A DNA stretch of 64,000 bases, taken from contig JBHGNT010000002.1 in assembly GCA_043228905.1 (NCBI GenBank), positions 24,800,001 through 24,864,000 of the forward strand. The letters are read 5' to 3'. The position numbers and the translations under genes are program-made. The notes below the pieces were generated by a model. It worked only from the letters and a program-made list of their open reading frames with translations, was not told the DNA's origin and did no database searches. Positions 10,813 through 23,250 of the stretch are shown piece by piece (the stretch's first letter is position 1; every line of letters starts with the position of its first letter). This DNA is from Azolla caroliniana. Its lineage: Eukaryota > Plantae > Polypodiophyta.

Positions 10813-13365
10813 TTCATGGAGGACAAGACCCTTGCCGACTGGGAGTCGGAGAAGAAGATAATGAACTCTGAGTCAACCGGTAAGGATCGGTTCGATGAGA
10901 TATGGACCTATCGGTTGACACTCAAAGAACTAGCCGGTTACGGTGAGGATACTGAACTGGCAGAAGAAGGAGAAGAAGCTGAAACCGGAACCGGACAAGA
11001 TCCCGAATCAGATTCAGATGAAGAACAGGTGCAGGAGCCGGTTACCGAAAACCGAGGACGGAGATATCCTCTCCGGGAAAGAAGAGCCCCCCGGAGATTT
11101 CCGGATGTAGAGCATGTGCTGCTAGCCGATGAGGGGGAGCCAGAAAGCTTCAAAGAAGCAAAGGAGGACACCCACAGCCACAAGTGGTTGAGTGCCATGT
11201 AGGACGAGATGGATTCCCTGCATGAGAACCACACGTATGAACTGGTGGAGTTGCCGAAAGGAAAGCGCGCACTCCGGAATAAGTGAGTGTACAAGTTGAA
11301 ACCGGGAGATGCCGGCAACCCCCCAAGGTACAAAGCCAAAATCATGGTGAAGGGGTTCCAGCAGAAGAAGGGAGTGGACTTCGACAAGATATTTGCCCCG
11401 GTAGTTAAGATGACTTCCATCCGAACGGTGCTGAGCATAGTGGCAAGCATGGACCTCGAGGTAGAGCAGTTAGACGTGAAGACGACGTTCCTCCACGGCG
11501 ACCTCGAAGAGGAGACCTACATGCAGCAACCGAAGGGATTTGTGAAGAAAGGGAAGGAGCACCTGGTTTGTTGATTGAATAAGACCTTGTACGGTTTGAA
11601 GCAGGCTCCCCGGCAATGGTATCGAAAGTTCGATTCCTTCATGACCGATCAAGGATACCACAAGACGCATGCCGATCACTGCGTGTTTGTGAAGAAGTTT
11701 GAAGGTGGAGACTTCCTAATACTCCTCCTGTACGTGGATGACATGTTGATCATCGGACGAGACCAAGTAAAGATACGGATGCTGAAGAAGGCTCTGAACC
11801 AGGCCTTCTCAATGAAAGACTTGGGTCCGGCAAGACAGATACTAGGGATGCACATCATCCGAGATCAATCAAAGAAGCAATTGTGGCTGTCACAGGAGAA
11901 GTATGTGACAAAGGTGCTTCAGCAGTTCAACATGTCAAATGCAAAACCGGTCGGATCGACACTCCCGGAAAACTGCAAGTTATCCAGTAAGCAAAGCCCG
12001 AAGACGAAGGCAGTGAAGGCGGATATGATGAAGATACCATATGCCTCTGTCGTCGGGAGCTTAATGTACGCAATGGTGTGTACCCGACGGGATATAAGAT
12101 ATGCAGTCGGAGTGGTGAGCCGGTTTATGAGCAATCCCGGCAAGGAGCACTGGAATGCGGTAAAATGGATACTCCGGTACTTGAAAGGCACCTCAAGTAT
12201 GTGCCTCCAATTCGGCTTCGGTAAATCTCAACTTGATAGTTTCACCGATTCGGATATGTTGGCTGATGCGGATACCAGTCGGTCAACATCGGGATATGTT
12301 ATGATATATGCAGGGAGAGCTGTTTCATGGCAGTCAAGGCTGCAAAAGACGGTTGCGCTGTCAACCACAGAGGCGGAGTACATGGTAGTTGTGGAAGCTG
12401 GCAAGGAAATACTATGGATGAAGTACTTCATCGAAGAGCTAGGGATCCGTCAAGAGGAATACAGGCTCTATTGCGACAGTGAAAGTGCCATCCACCTTGC
12501 GAAGAACTCGGCATATCACTCTAGGATGAAGCACATCCAACGGAGGTACCATTGGATCTGGGAGCGAGTGGAAGATCTAGAGTTCGTGCTAACGAAGATC
12601 CACACGGAGGAGAATGGGTTGGATATGTTGACCAAAGTGCTGACACCTGACAAGTTGGATGCATGCAGGAAGAGGATCGTATTGACGAGGCATCCCATGC
12701 CGAAGTGAAGGGGGAGTTTGTTAGGATTTCGGTCCCTCCGGATGGGATAAGAGTACCCGGCAACGAAAGACCTGGTGAGAACCGGATGAAGAGTACCTGG
12801 CAACAGAAGACCCGATGAGAACCGGATGAAGAGTACCCGGCAACGGAAGACCCGGTGAGAACCGGATGATACAGGCCCAGTGAGAACATATCACCGGATG
12901 AAGGGACATATATGTAAATATGTTCCAGAGAGCCCATTGGGGCTATATTTGTAAATAGCCCGAAAGTCATTTTAGTATTAATATGACCTAGGGCAAACTC
13001 TTTGTGTGTGTAGTCATTATTTTGTATAGAGTTATTGGTGTAATTGTTGTACAAAGCGTAGCAAAAGTTGAGAGAGAGAGAGAAAGACAGTGTGTGTCTT
13101 TGTTGTAACTGCCGCTAGGCGAAGATTGAGAGGAAGAGGTCGTGGCCTCTATGTTCATCTGTTGTATTCCTCTCTACATAGTGATAGTTGGAGTTTGGGG
13201 ACTCCCGTGGTTTTTCCCGTTTTAGGGTTTTCCACGTTAACATCCTGTGCATTCTCTTCTGTCTGTGTACCTACTTCCATTTCTCCATTTGTATTGTGTT
13301 TGATTATCATTAAGTGATCTAAGTCTTCGGTTGTGGCCGAAGATTATTCCGCATAGTTCCTTTCA
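10813..13365 (+). mobile_element. Ty1/copia element B, 3' half (RT-RNaseH pseudogene to 12708, PPT, 3' LTR 12719-13365)
   Basis: Resumes FMEDKTLADW after the TSD, with RT YVDDML and several stops. PPT GAAGGGGGAG is followed by TGTTAGG...CCTTTCA. Confidence 0.9.
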
Positions 13366-14418
13366 AAGTATTCATGAATGGCCTTTTCGAGGAATGTGAG
13401 TGTTTCCATACTCTCCTCTTTAATACCACAGATGACAATATTCTTTGATCATCTTTCATATTCTTTCAATTCTCGAACATTTATGCTTTCTACATTCTTC
13501 TCTTAATTCATCACATGCATAATAGATGAGTTTGGTACCACATCCCCACCACATACATAGGCCCATGGCTTCATTGTGCATACATTTTTCATCTCACTTG
13601 CATCCTGCTTCATTGTATCCATTTCTTTCCTCTTTTAATGTATCCTTTAATTCAATCTCGTTAAGGCATTTATTTGCTTTGAAAAAAACATTCTTAAATT
13701 CTTGAATCCCATTTTTTAAGTTTTGCAACTATTTTCTTAAGACCTTAATGTTGAATATTGGCTTCTAATGGACGTATTCACGCCGTCTCCTTTTGTACAC
13801 ACTAGGCTTAGGCTATTTATGTAAATAGTGAGAAGGGCAGTTGCCCTAAGTCAGTCAGTATATATCTGACTATGTAACCTAGTTTGTGGTTGTTGCTTTA
13901 AGTTGAAATATACTCTTCATATTGTGTGTAACTGTCTCTCTCTCTCTTGCATACTAGTTGTATTCTTGGTCTTTATTGCCATCAATGTTACGATCTTGCA
14001 TCCTTTCTTGATCTTATCCTAGAAGAGTGTTGATCTTGTTCCGCATTAGATGACGGTGATCTCAACATCTGGTATCAAAGCTTGGTATTGTTTGATTCTA
14101 CTGCCACCATCTATCTAACCTTCATTGGCAACTCCTCTTGAAATTACACTTGACGAAGAGAGACAATTGAAGGTCTGCACCCCACTGTTCGAAATCACCC
14201 TTGAAGTAACTCAGTCGACTGTACTTCGACTTGATGATTGTCGTCTCTTGGAGTGAGACCCTTCTCTTGATCAGACCACATTCACGACTCACTCAGTTAG
14301 GCAAAAATCGAATAGGTCATCTGACGCTATCTCCTCACCTGCCGTAACCACTCGAAGCAAACACAACTCTAGGGGCAACCCCCATCTGTGTTTCATTCGG
14401 AAGGACCAGTAGGCTCCG

Positions 14419-17400
14419 TGTTGGGAGACAGGTCCCTCCGGATGGGAAGGGAGAAGAACAGTGCCGACGAACAAACTCGGCCGAGGCCGACCGGTCGAGG
14501 CCGAAACGGTATGAACCGGATGGGGAGTACCCGACTGTGGAGAGCCGGATGGTGTAGGCCCGGTATGGACCGGATGGGGAGTACCCGACTGCGGAGAGCC
14601 GGATGGTGTAGGCCCGGTATGAACCGGAGGAAGAGACATATTCGTAAATATGTTTCTGATAGCCCATCGAGGCTACATTTGTAAATAGCCGAAAATTCAT
14701 ATTAGTATAAATATGACTTAGGGCAAACTTTTTGTGGTTGTTGTTATTCTTCGTTGTTGGTGCAAGAAGAAGAGAGAGCGCGTAACTGTACAGAGAGAGA
14801 GAGAGAGAGACGAGGTCGTTGCCTCTGTTGTAACCGCCGCCTGTGGCGAAGATCTGAGAGCACGAGGTCGTTGCCTCAGTGAACTCACTGTTGTATATTC
14901 CTACATAGTGACAGTTTGCAGCCTGTGGGTTGCCGTGGTTTTTCCCTTATTTTGGGGTTTTCCACGTAAACCTCCTGTGTACCATTTCTCCCCTTGGTGT
15001 CGCGTTTCATTACCTGTTTTTCTGTGTATGAAAAGAATCTCGGTTGTGGCCGAGCGTCAGACATAAGGAACGTCGGGTTCTCAACAATTGGTATCAGAGC
15101 AAAATCGACACAGAAAATGGACGAATCGTTTGGCGGCATGTTCAAGCTAACCGGCTCCAACTATTCAGTGTGGAAGTCGAAGATGAGGGACATGCTAGTG
15201 GTTAAAGACCTCTGGCTGCCGGTTCAGTTCGGGGACAAGAGACCGGACAAAATCGACGCCGCGATATGGGAGGTGATGCACATGAAGACAACGGCGTACA
15301 TACGGTGCTTCATCGACATGAGCCTGTACAACAACTTCAATGAAGAGAGCAGGGCTCATGAGCTCTGGGAGAAGATCGACATAATGTTCCAAAACAAAAA
15401 TGTTGTCAATCAGGTGTCGGTATTCCGGAAGCTAGTAAGACTCCGGTACCAAGATGGCTCCAGCATGGCGGAGCATATGAATGCCTTCCAGGGGCTGATC
15501 CACCAGGCAACGTCATTGGAAGTACCTCTTGCCGATGAGGTCCTAGCGCTACTCCTGCTCGGTTCCCTCCCGGATAGCTAGGAGACGTTGGTTGTCACTT
15601 TGGGCAACGCCGGGCCGAAAGGAAAACGGTTATCCCTAGCAAGAGTAAAGTCGAGCTTGCTAGATGAGGAGGCTCGTTGGAAAGACAAAGATAGGAGCTC
15701 CGACTCCAAAGCGCTCCTTACCGAATCGGAACGCGGAAGACATAGAAACCATAGTCCCCAGAACCGGGAGAAGTCGGGGACACGGTCAAAGTCAAGGGGG
15801 AGGCCTACTTGCTTCTATTGCGGCAAGCCGGGACACTTCCAAAAGAACTGTCGGCATTTCCGTAAAGACAAGGAAACCGACGGTACCGATTCGAAGCAAA
15901 CCCCGAACCGAAACGGTACAGACCGGAACTGTAAAGACCGGAAGGGAACGACGGCAATTGCGGCAAGTGAAGAGGAGTTGATGCTCATCACCGAGGAGAG
16001 TGAGATCAACCATGCCGGCGACGAGATGACCTGGGTGGTAGACTCCGGAGCATCGTTCCAACTTACCCCGGACCAGAAATGCTTCTCATCCTACTCAGCC
16101 GGTGATCACGGCTGTGTCCGGATGGGGAATGAAGGAACATGCCGAATTGTCGGCATAGGAGACGTGTGGCTGACAACACCAACCGGATGCAAGTTGCTGT
16201 TGAAGGATGTCCGACACGTTCCGGAAGTTCGTCTGAATCTGATATCAGCCGGTCGGCTAGATGATGAAGGCTACACGGGTAGCATCCCGAACGGTGTCAT
16301 GAAGTTCAGCAAAGGGAGCCTGATTGTGGCTCGGGCCCGGAAGGTAAACACTTTGTACCTGATGAATGCCCGGTTATGTCCGGAAGAAGTGAACGCGGCT
16401 TCCGACACTGCCGGTGAGCTGTGGCACAAGAGGCTATGTCACATGAGTGAGAAGGGGATGAAGAGGCTTGGAGACGACAACCTCATTCCAGTGAAGAACG
16501 TGCACTTAGAGAAGTGCACTGATTGTCTGGCCGGTAAGCAGAACCGGACCTCCTTCCGACCAAGGCCACCGATGAGACGTAATGCACCACTGGAGTTGGT
16601 GCATACGGATGTTTGTCAAGTAGACACGAAGTCACATGCCGGAGCGCAGTACTTCGTGACGTTCATAGATGACCACACCCGGAAGCTGTGGGCCACACCG
16701 CTGAAGACGAAGGATCAGGTGTTATCAGTCTTCAAAGAGCTCCACGCGAGAGTGGAAAGAGAAACCGGCCGGAAGCTGAAGGCGGTTCGAGCAGATAACG
16801 GAGGAGAGTACCGGGGGCAGTTCGAGGAGTACTGCCGCTCGAAGGGAATCCGGCTCGAATTTACCGTGCCAAAGATGCCGGAACTAAATGGACTGGCCGA
16901 GAGGATTAACCGGACCATAATGGAGAGGGTCCGGAGTATGCTAGCGCATGCAAAACTACCCAAGAAGTTTTGGGCTGAGGCACTGTCGACGGCGACATAT
17001 GTGATAAACAGATCACCCTCAGTACCCTTGGACGGAGACACGCCATAGAGAGTATGGACCGGTAAGGAAGTGTCCTACCGGCATCTGAGGGTGTTCGGGT
17101 GTCTCGCGTACGTGCATGTAGCAAAGGACCAGAGAGGAAAGTTAGATCCAAAGACCCGGCCATGCATATTCCTCGGTTACGGTGACGATGAGTTCGGCTA
17201 CCGAGTATGGGACCCGGTCGACAAGAAGGTATTCCGGAGTCGAGATATTATCTTCATGGAGGACAAGACGCTCGCCGACTGGGAGTCGGAGAAGAAGATA
17301 ATGAACTCCGAGTCGACCGGTAAGGATAGACTCTACAATGAGCAGACCCAACCGGCAAGAGACCGGTTAGCACTCGAGGAACCAGCCGGTTACGGTGAGG

Positions 17401-19434
17401 ATACCGAACCGGCAGAAGAAGAAGTAGAGGAAGGTGAGACCGGAACCGGCGAAGACCCCGAATCGGATTCGGAAGAAGAGCAAATGGAGGAACCGGTTAC
17501 CGAAGCCCGAAGACGTAGATATCCTCTCAGAGAGAGAAGGGCGCCCCGGAGATTTCCGGATGCAGAGCATGTCCTGCTGACCGATGAGGGGGAGCCGGAA
17601 AGCTTCGAAGAAGCGAAGGAAGACACCCACACCCGAAAATGGTTGAGTGCCATGCAGGATGAGATGGATTCTCTGCATGAGAACCATACGTACGAATTGG
17701 TGGAGCTGCCGAAAGGAAAGCGGGCACTCCGAAACAAGTGGGTGTTCAAGTTGAAACCGGGAGATGCCGGCAACCCCCCGAGATACAAAGCCAGGATCGT
17801 GGTGAAGGGGTTCCAGCAGAAGAAGGGCGTGGATTTCGACGAAATATTCGCCCCGGTAGTGAAGATGACCTCCATCCGGACGGTGCTGAGTATAGCAGCA
17901 AGCATGGATCTCGAGGTAGAGCAGCTGGACGTGAAGACGGCATTCCTTCACGGCGACCTCAAAGAGGAAATCTACATGGAGCAACCGGAAGGATTTGTGG
18001 AGAAAGGGAAGGAGCACCTGGTATGCCGGTTGAAGAAGAGCCTGTACGGACTGAAGCAGGCTCCCCGGCAATGGTACCGGAAGTTCGACTCCTTCATGAC
18101 CGATCAAGGGTACCATATGACGCAAGCTGATCACTGCGTGTTCGTGAAGAAGTTCGAAGGAGGGGACTTCCTGATACTCCTCCTGTACGTGGATGACATG
18201 TTGATCGTCGGACGAGACCAAGGAAAAATACGGATGCTAAAGAAGGCTCTCAACCGGACCTTCTCAATGAAGGACTTGGGTCCGGCAAGACAGATGTTGG
18301 GGATGCACATCATTCGGGACCGGTCAGTGAAGCAATTATGGCTGTCACAGGAGAAGTATGTGACAAAGGTGCTTCACCGGTTCAACATGTCAGATGCAAA
18401 ACCGGTCGGATCGACACTTCCGGCAAACTGCAAGTTGTCCGGTAAGCAAAGCCCGAAGACAAAAGGAGAGAAGGCAGATATGATGAAGATTCCATATGCC
18501 TCTGTCGTCGGGAGCTTGATGTACGCAATGGTTTGTACCCGACCGGACATTGGATACGCAGTCGGAGTGGTGAGCCGGTTTATGAGCAACCCCGGCAAGG
18601 AGCATTGGAACGCGGTCAAGTGGATACTCCGGTATTTGAAGGGCATTTCAAATATGTGTCTCCGATTCGGCTCCGGAAAACCTCAACTAAACGGTTTCAC
18701 CGATTCGGACATGTCGGCTGATGTGGATACCAACCGGTCTACATCCGGGTATGTGATGACATATGCAGGGGGAGCTGTTTCGTGGCAGTCGAGGCTGCAG
18801 AAGACGGTTGCATTGTCAACCACAGAGGCGGAGTACATGGCGGCTGTGGAAGCCGGCAAGGAAATATTATGGACGCATGCCGGCAACGAAGCATATCCAG
18901 CGGAGGTATCACTGGATCCGGGAAAGGGTAGATGACCAGGAGTTCGCATTGGCGAAGATCCACACGGCCGAGAACGGGTCAGATATGCTGACCAAAGTGC
19001 TGACACCCGACAAGTTGGACGCATGCCGGAAGAGGATCGGGCTGGAAAGACACCCCATGCCGGAGTGAAGGGGGAGTTTGTTGGTAGACAGGTCCCTCCG
19101 GATGTGAAGGGAGAAGAATAGTGCCGACGAACAAACTCGGCCGAGGCCGACAGGCCGAGGCCGAAACGGAGAACCGGATGAGGAGTACCCGACTGCGGAG
19201 AACCGGATGAGGAGTACCCGACTGCGGAGAGTCGGATGGTGTAGGCCCGGTATGAACCGGATGAGGAGTACCCGACTGTGGAGAGCCGGATGGAGCCCAT
19301 CGAGGCTACATTTGTAAATAGCCGAAAAGTCATATTAGTATAAATATGACTTAGGGCAAACTTTTAGTAGTGTGTTGTCATTCTTGTTGTTATTCTTTCT
19401 TGTTGGTGCAAGAAGAAATCAGAGCACGTAACTG

Positions 19435-19466
<32 letters not shown>

Positions 19467-19743
19467 CGAGGTCGTTGCCTCTGTTGTAACCGCCGCCTGT
19501 GGCGAAGATCTGAGAGCACGAGGTCGTTGCCTCAGTGATCTCACTGTTGTATATTTCTACATAGCGACAGTTTGCAGCTTGTGGGCTGCCGTGGTTTTTC
19601 CCCTATTTTGGGGTTTTCCACGTATACCTCCTGTGTACCATTTCTCCTCTTTTGTGTCGCGTTTCATTACCTGTTTTTCTGTGTATGTAAAGAATCTCGG
19701 TTGTGGCCGAGCGTCGGACATAAGGAACGTCGGGTTCTCAACA
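14419..19743 (+). mobile_element. Full-length Ty1/copia element E (LTRs 14419-15086 and 19079-19743; TSD CTCCG)
   Basis: CTCCG at 14414-14418 and 19744-19748. PBS TGGTATCAGAGC at 15089-15100. PPT lies before 19079. Confidence 0.96.
15117..19068 (+). pseudogene. Copia E gag-pol polyprotein, disrupted
   Basis: Domain order gag-CCHC-PR-IN-RT-RH. In-frame TAG at 15579 and 17046, and a deletion/frameshift in RNaseH at ~18874. Confidence 0.93.
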
Positions 19744-21062
19744 CTCCGTCCCTCTAATCGTTGCAATTACCCAAAACAGGATCGGCCTAGAAAATCGCAC
19801 ATAATTCGTGTTGGGAAATCTTGGAAAATCGACATTCGAAATCGAACAATCAAATCTGGGTTCAACTCGACTAAGTCGGTTGACAGTAGTCACTCCGAAC
19901 AGTATTCATCGACATTCGTAATCAACACGACTTGTGACCAACTTCAGCTAGAACAGCATCAAGTGAGCCAAGTTGTTGCACTCCATCACAGTTTGTAGCT
20001 AACTCCGGACAAAGTCTATTATACCAACACAGATGGCTTCAACATCCGGCTCGTCAGAGATGAGTCTAAGGAAGTTCGACAGATCGAACTTCAACTTCTG
20101 GAAGGAGCAGATGCAGGACTATTTAATAGTCAAGGGGCAAATTGACCCCATTGAGAATGAAGACCCTCCAAAAGGATACAAGCCGCTCGAATGGGAAAAG
20201 CTCGACAGAATCATCCAAGCCACCATTCGAATGCACCTATCGGAGGTTGTGTACTTCACGGTGCAATCCTATTCAACTGTCTTCCAACTTTCGAAGACAC
20301 ATTCGGACACTTACGAAAAGAAGGTCGTCGCCACCAAGATATACCTGATTCGGCGCCTTTATAACCTTCCGATCAAAGAGTTTGACTCAGTCCAGGCACA
20401 CCTAAACGAGTACGAAAGCTTAAGCTCCCAAATTTTGGCCCAGGGAACGATTATCGAGGATGAACTAAAAGCAATGCTGCTTATGAGTAGTCTTCCTCCT
20501 CTCGTGGGAAACTTTCGTCACAACCGTGTGCAATGCGTCAATAGCTGCCATCAAGTACTCTTCAATCACGAGCGCAATTATGACAAAAGCGGCTCAGAGA
20601 AAATCATTTACTAACGACGCAGCCAACAACGCTTACGTAGTACAAGGTTGAACAATCAACGATGTCGGAGCCAATCACGGGATAATCGAGTATGCAACTA
20701 CTGCAAGAAACACAGACACATCAAAGCCGATTGTCGTGCACTCAAGGCTAAAAACGATTAGGCTCGGCGAGCCGGGCAGAAGAGTGGCCGACCCAAGGAG
20801 AAAAACTACATCGGCTATTCGGCCAAAGTATTGATAAACGACCTGAATATACTATCAATTGAGAACCTAATCGAATCAGAAGTTTTGCTTACGACTGAAG
20901 AATCGAGCGAGCACATGGCTCTCAAATTCGGGTGCATCTTTTCATGTGACTCCTCATCGATCACAATTTCGGCAATACACGGCCCGACATTCTAACTCAG
21001 TTCAGGTAGGAAATTCGCAACTGTAAAGAAATGAGGAGCAAGAGTGGTTGAGATGCAGCGGA

Positions 21063-21115
<53 letters not shown>

Positions 21116-21526
21116 TAAGGCAAAACACAAAGAGAGACAAAGAGAGCTTAAAAACAGAGATAAATGACAGTATATTACATTAACCAAAATACTTCCAGTA
21201 GTAACTAAGTTACAAGGGGTTGGTTTAAATACCAACTATACTAGGGCAAGTGCCATTTCTACTATTTACAAAACTAGCCTGGTATGACCATGAGCTAGTG
21301 TGAAACCTATTACTATGGGAAGTTGACTTCCACTCTCAACACGCCCCTTTGAACACAACTTCCATCTGTCGAAAACTTGTTTCGGTTCGGTCTTCGGAAT
21401 TCGGCTTCCGGCATTCGTAATCCTCGAACTGGATTGTTTGGCTTTTCGGCTTCGTGCTCGATTCGATTAACTATGTATTGCGTACTCATGTATCGTTGCA
21501 TGTTGCATATCGTTCTGTCATTACGT

Positions 21527-23250
21527 TGTCGTGAAGATTCCGGGCCCTAGGCCTCGACAACCAGCATAGGTCTACGCGTAAGTTCACGAAACGATGGTTC
21601 GGGCCATACGTGCTAATCGGCGTCAACGATAACGCGATGTATCATCTTGCGGAGCTCAACGGGACCCAAATGACGACCCCGGTGGCCGGGAAGCGGATAA
21701 AGGCCTTCAAGAGGCGGAGTGAGGTGGAACCAGACCCATGAGCCAAAAGCGCCGGTTCAGAAGGGGAGGGCGAGTAGCATATGGACCGGAATCCCTTACT
21801 AAAATCGTTGCCCGGCACATAACAGAGTATGTGCGGTTTAGTGGGGGTGGATGTCATGAAGATTCCGGGCCATAGGCGGAAACAAGGTGAAACGCGCGGG
21901 AGCACTGGTGTGCACGAGTGCACACCCCTAGTGAATTAAATAGTGTAAGTACTAGGCATAGGTAGAAGGAAGTGTACTAGGTAGTTAAGGCATTAATAGG
22001 GATTCAAACATCACGTAAGTAGGGAGAGTTACGAGGAGGGTGAATCAGGGGGGAGAATCTAGGAAGGGAAAGCGACAAGTCATGAATGCCTTGTAACGGT
22101 CGCTCCTTGTGCTATAAAAGGGGTGACCTTTGATTGTTTGCAGGGATGTCATTTTTGGGGAAGTAATCAAGAGGGGAGAAAAGGAACAGAGAGGAGACCA
22201 GACGAGGAGTCCTACGACAGATCACCGGAAGGCACTTCCCATGCTCGCGTCAGACGCCCGAGTGCTCCCGACCAGGGATCGACCTTCTGCGTGCCTACTC
22301 CACTTCCTATCTAACTACTATAGAGCATACGCTCGACCACCAGCACTGATCCAGTTGTAATCACCCACAGCGCTATGCACATATATTGATTAATAGAAAC
22401 TTATCTACCGAACACAAGTTGTTCTTAGCATCTCTGTCTGCGCCTGTGTCTACACACGATCTGACAAGAATACACGTTCCCGTTGAACAACACTCGGCCA
22501 CAACCGAGGATAGAATCAAACACAGGAAACGGGTAAGGAAGGCACGACAGAGTGAAGAGAAGAGTACACAAGATGTTTACGTGGAAAGCCCAAACTAGGG
22601 AAAAACCACGGCAGCCCATAGGCTGCAAACTATCACTATGTTACAATGTACAACAGTAAGGCACCGAGGCAACAACCTCGAGCTTGCTATCTTCACCACA
22701 GGCAGCGGTTACAACAGAGGCAACGACCTCTTCCTCTCTCTCTCTCTGTACACTGTTACACTCTCAAATCTTGCACCAACAAGAAATGACAACAACCTCT
22801 TTTCTGAGTTTGCCCTAAGTCATATTTATCCTAATATGACTTTTCGGCTATTTACAAATATAGCCCCGATGGACTCTCAGAAAACATATTTACGAATATG
22901 TCCCTTCATCCGGTGAGCACTCCTCACGGGGACTGCATCATCCGGCGCTTGCCGGGTACTCCTCATCCGGTTCTCACCGGGTCTTCCGTAGCCGGGTACT
23001 CCTCATCCGGTTTCGGCCTCGGCCGAGATTGCTCATCACCACTGTTCGACTCAGAGCCCATCCGGAGGGACCTGTTTCCTAACACGATCCTCTTACACTA
23101 TCTCTCTCGTTTCGCTAACCTTCTCTGTTTAAACCGCGGTCTTAGGGCTCACGTAGATCACAGACTCTTCCTCCTCATTTCTTGATTCCTTGGTTCAAGA
23201 CCCCCGCGGTCCTGCCCAACTTCTACGCATCCGCGAGGATTTCCTCGACA
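21527..23250 (+). mobile_element. Internally deleted gypsy element G3 (~26-bp 5' LTR stub, integrase tail, PPT, 3' LTR 21852-23250)
   Basis: TGTCGTGAAGATTCCGGGCC at 21527 is repeated (TGTCATG...) at 21852. Integrase tail LDNQH...WFGPYV...VAGKRIKAF. Ends CCTCGACA. Flanks are ACGT and ACAT. Confidence 0.85.
22462..23084 (-). mobile_element. Copia solo LTR (C-like family) inside the G3 LTR, TSD CGATC
   Basis: Homologous to 5683-6478. CGATC at 22457-22461 and 23085-23089. No PBS or PPT. Confidence 0.92.

Larger units (their letters stand above)
13749..21021 (+). mobile_element. Ty1/copia element D (short-LTR family), 5' part: LTR 13749-14067, PBS, leader interrupted by E, degenerate gag 20033-~21000
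   Basis: TGTTGAATA...CTCAACA followed by TGGTATCAAAGC. The LTR resembles 61199-61494. Gag reads KFDRSNFNFWKEQMQDYL, with CNYCKKHRHIKADC knuckle and protease remnants. Interrupted by the F LTR at 21022. Confidence 0.8.
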
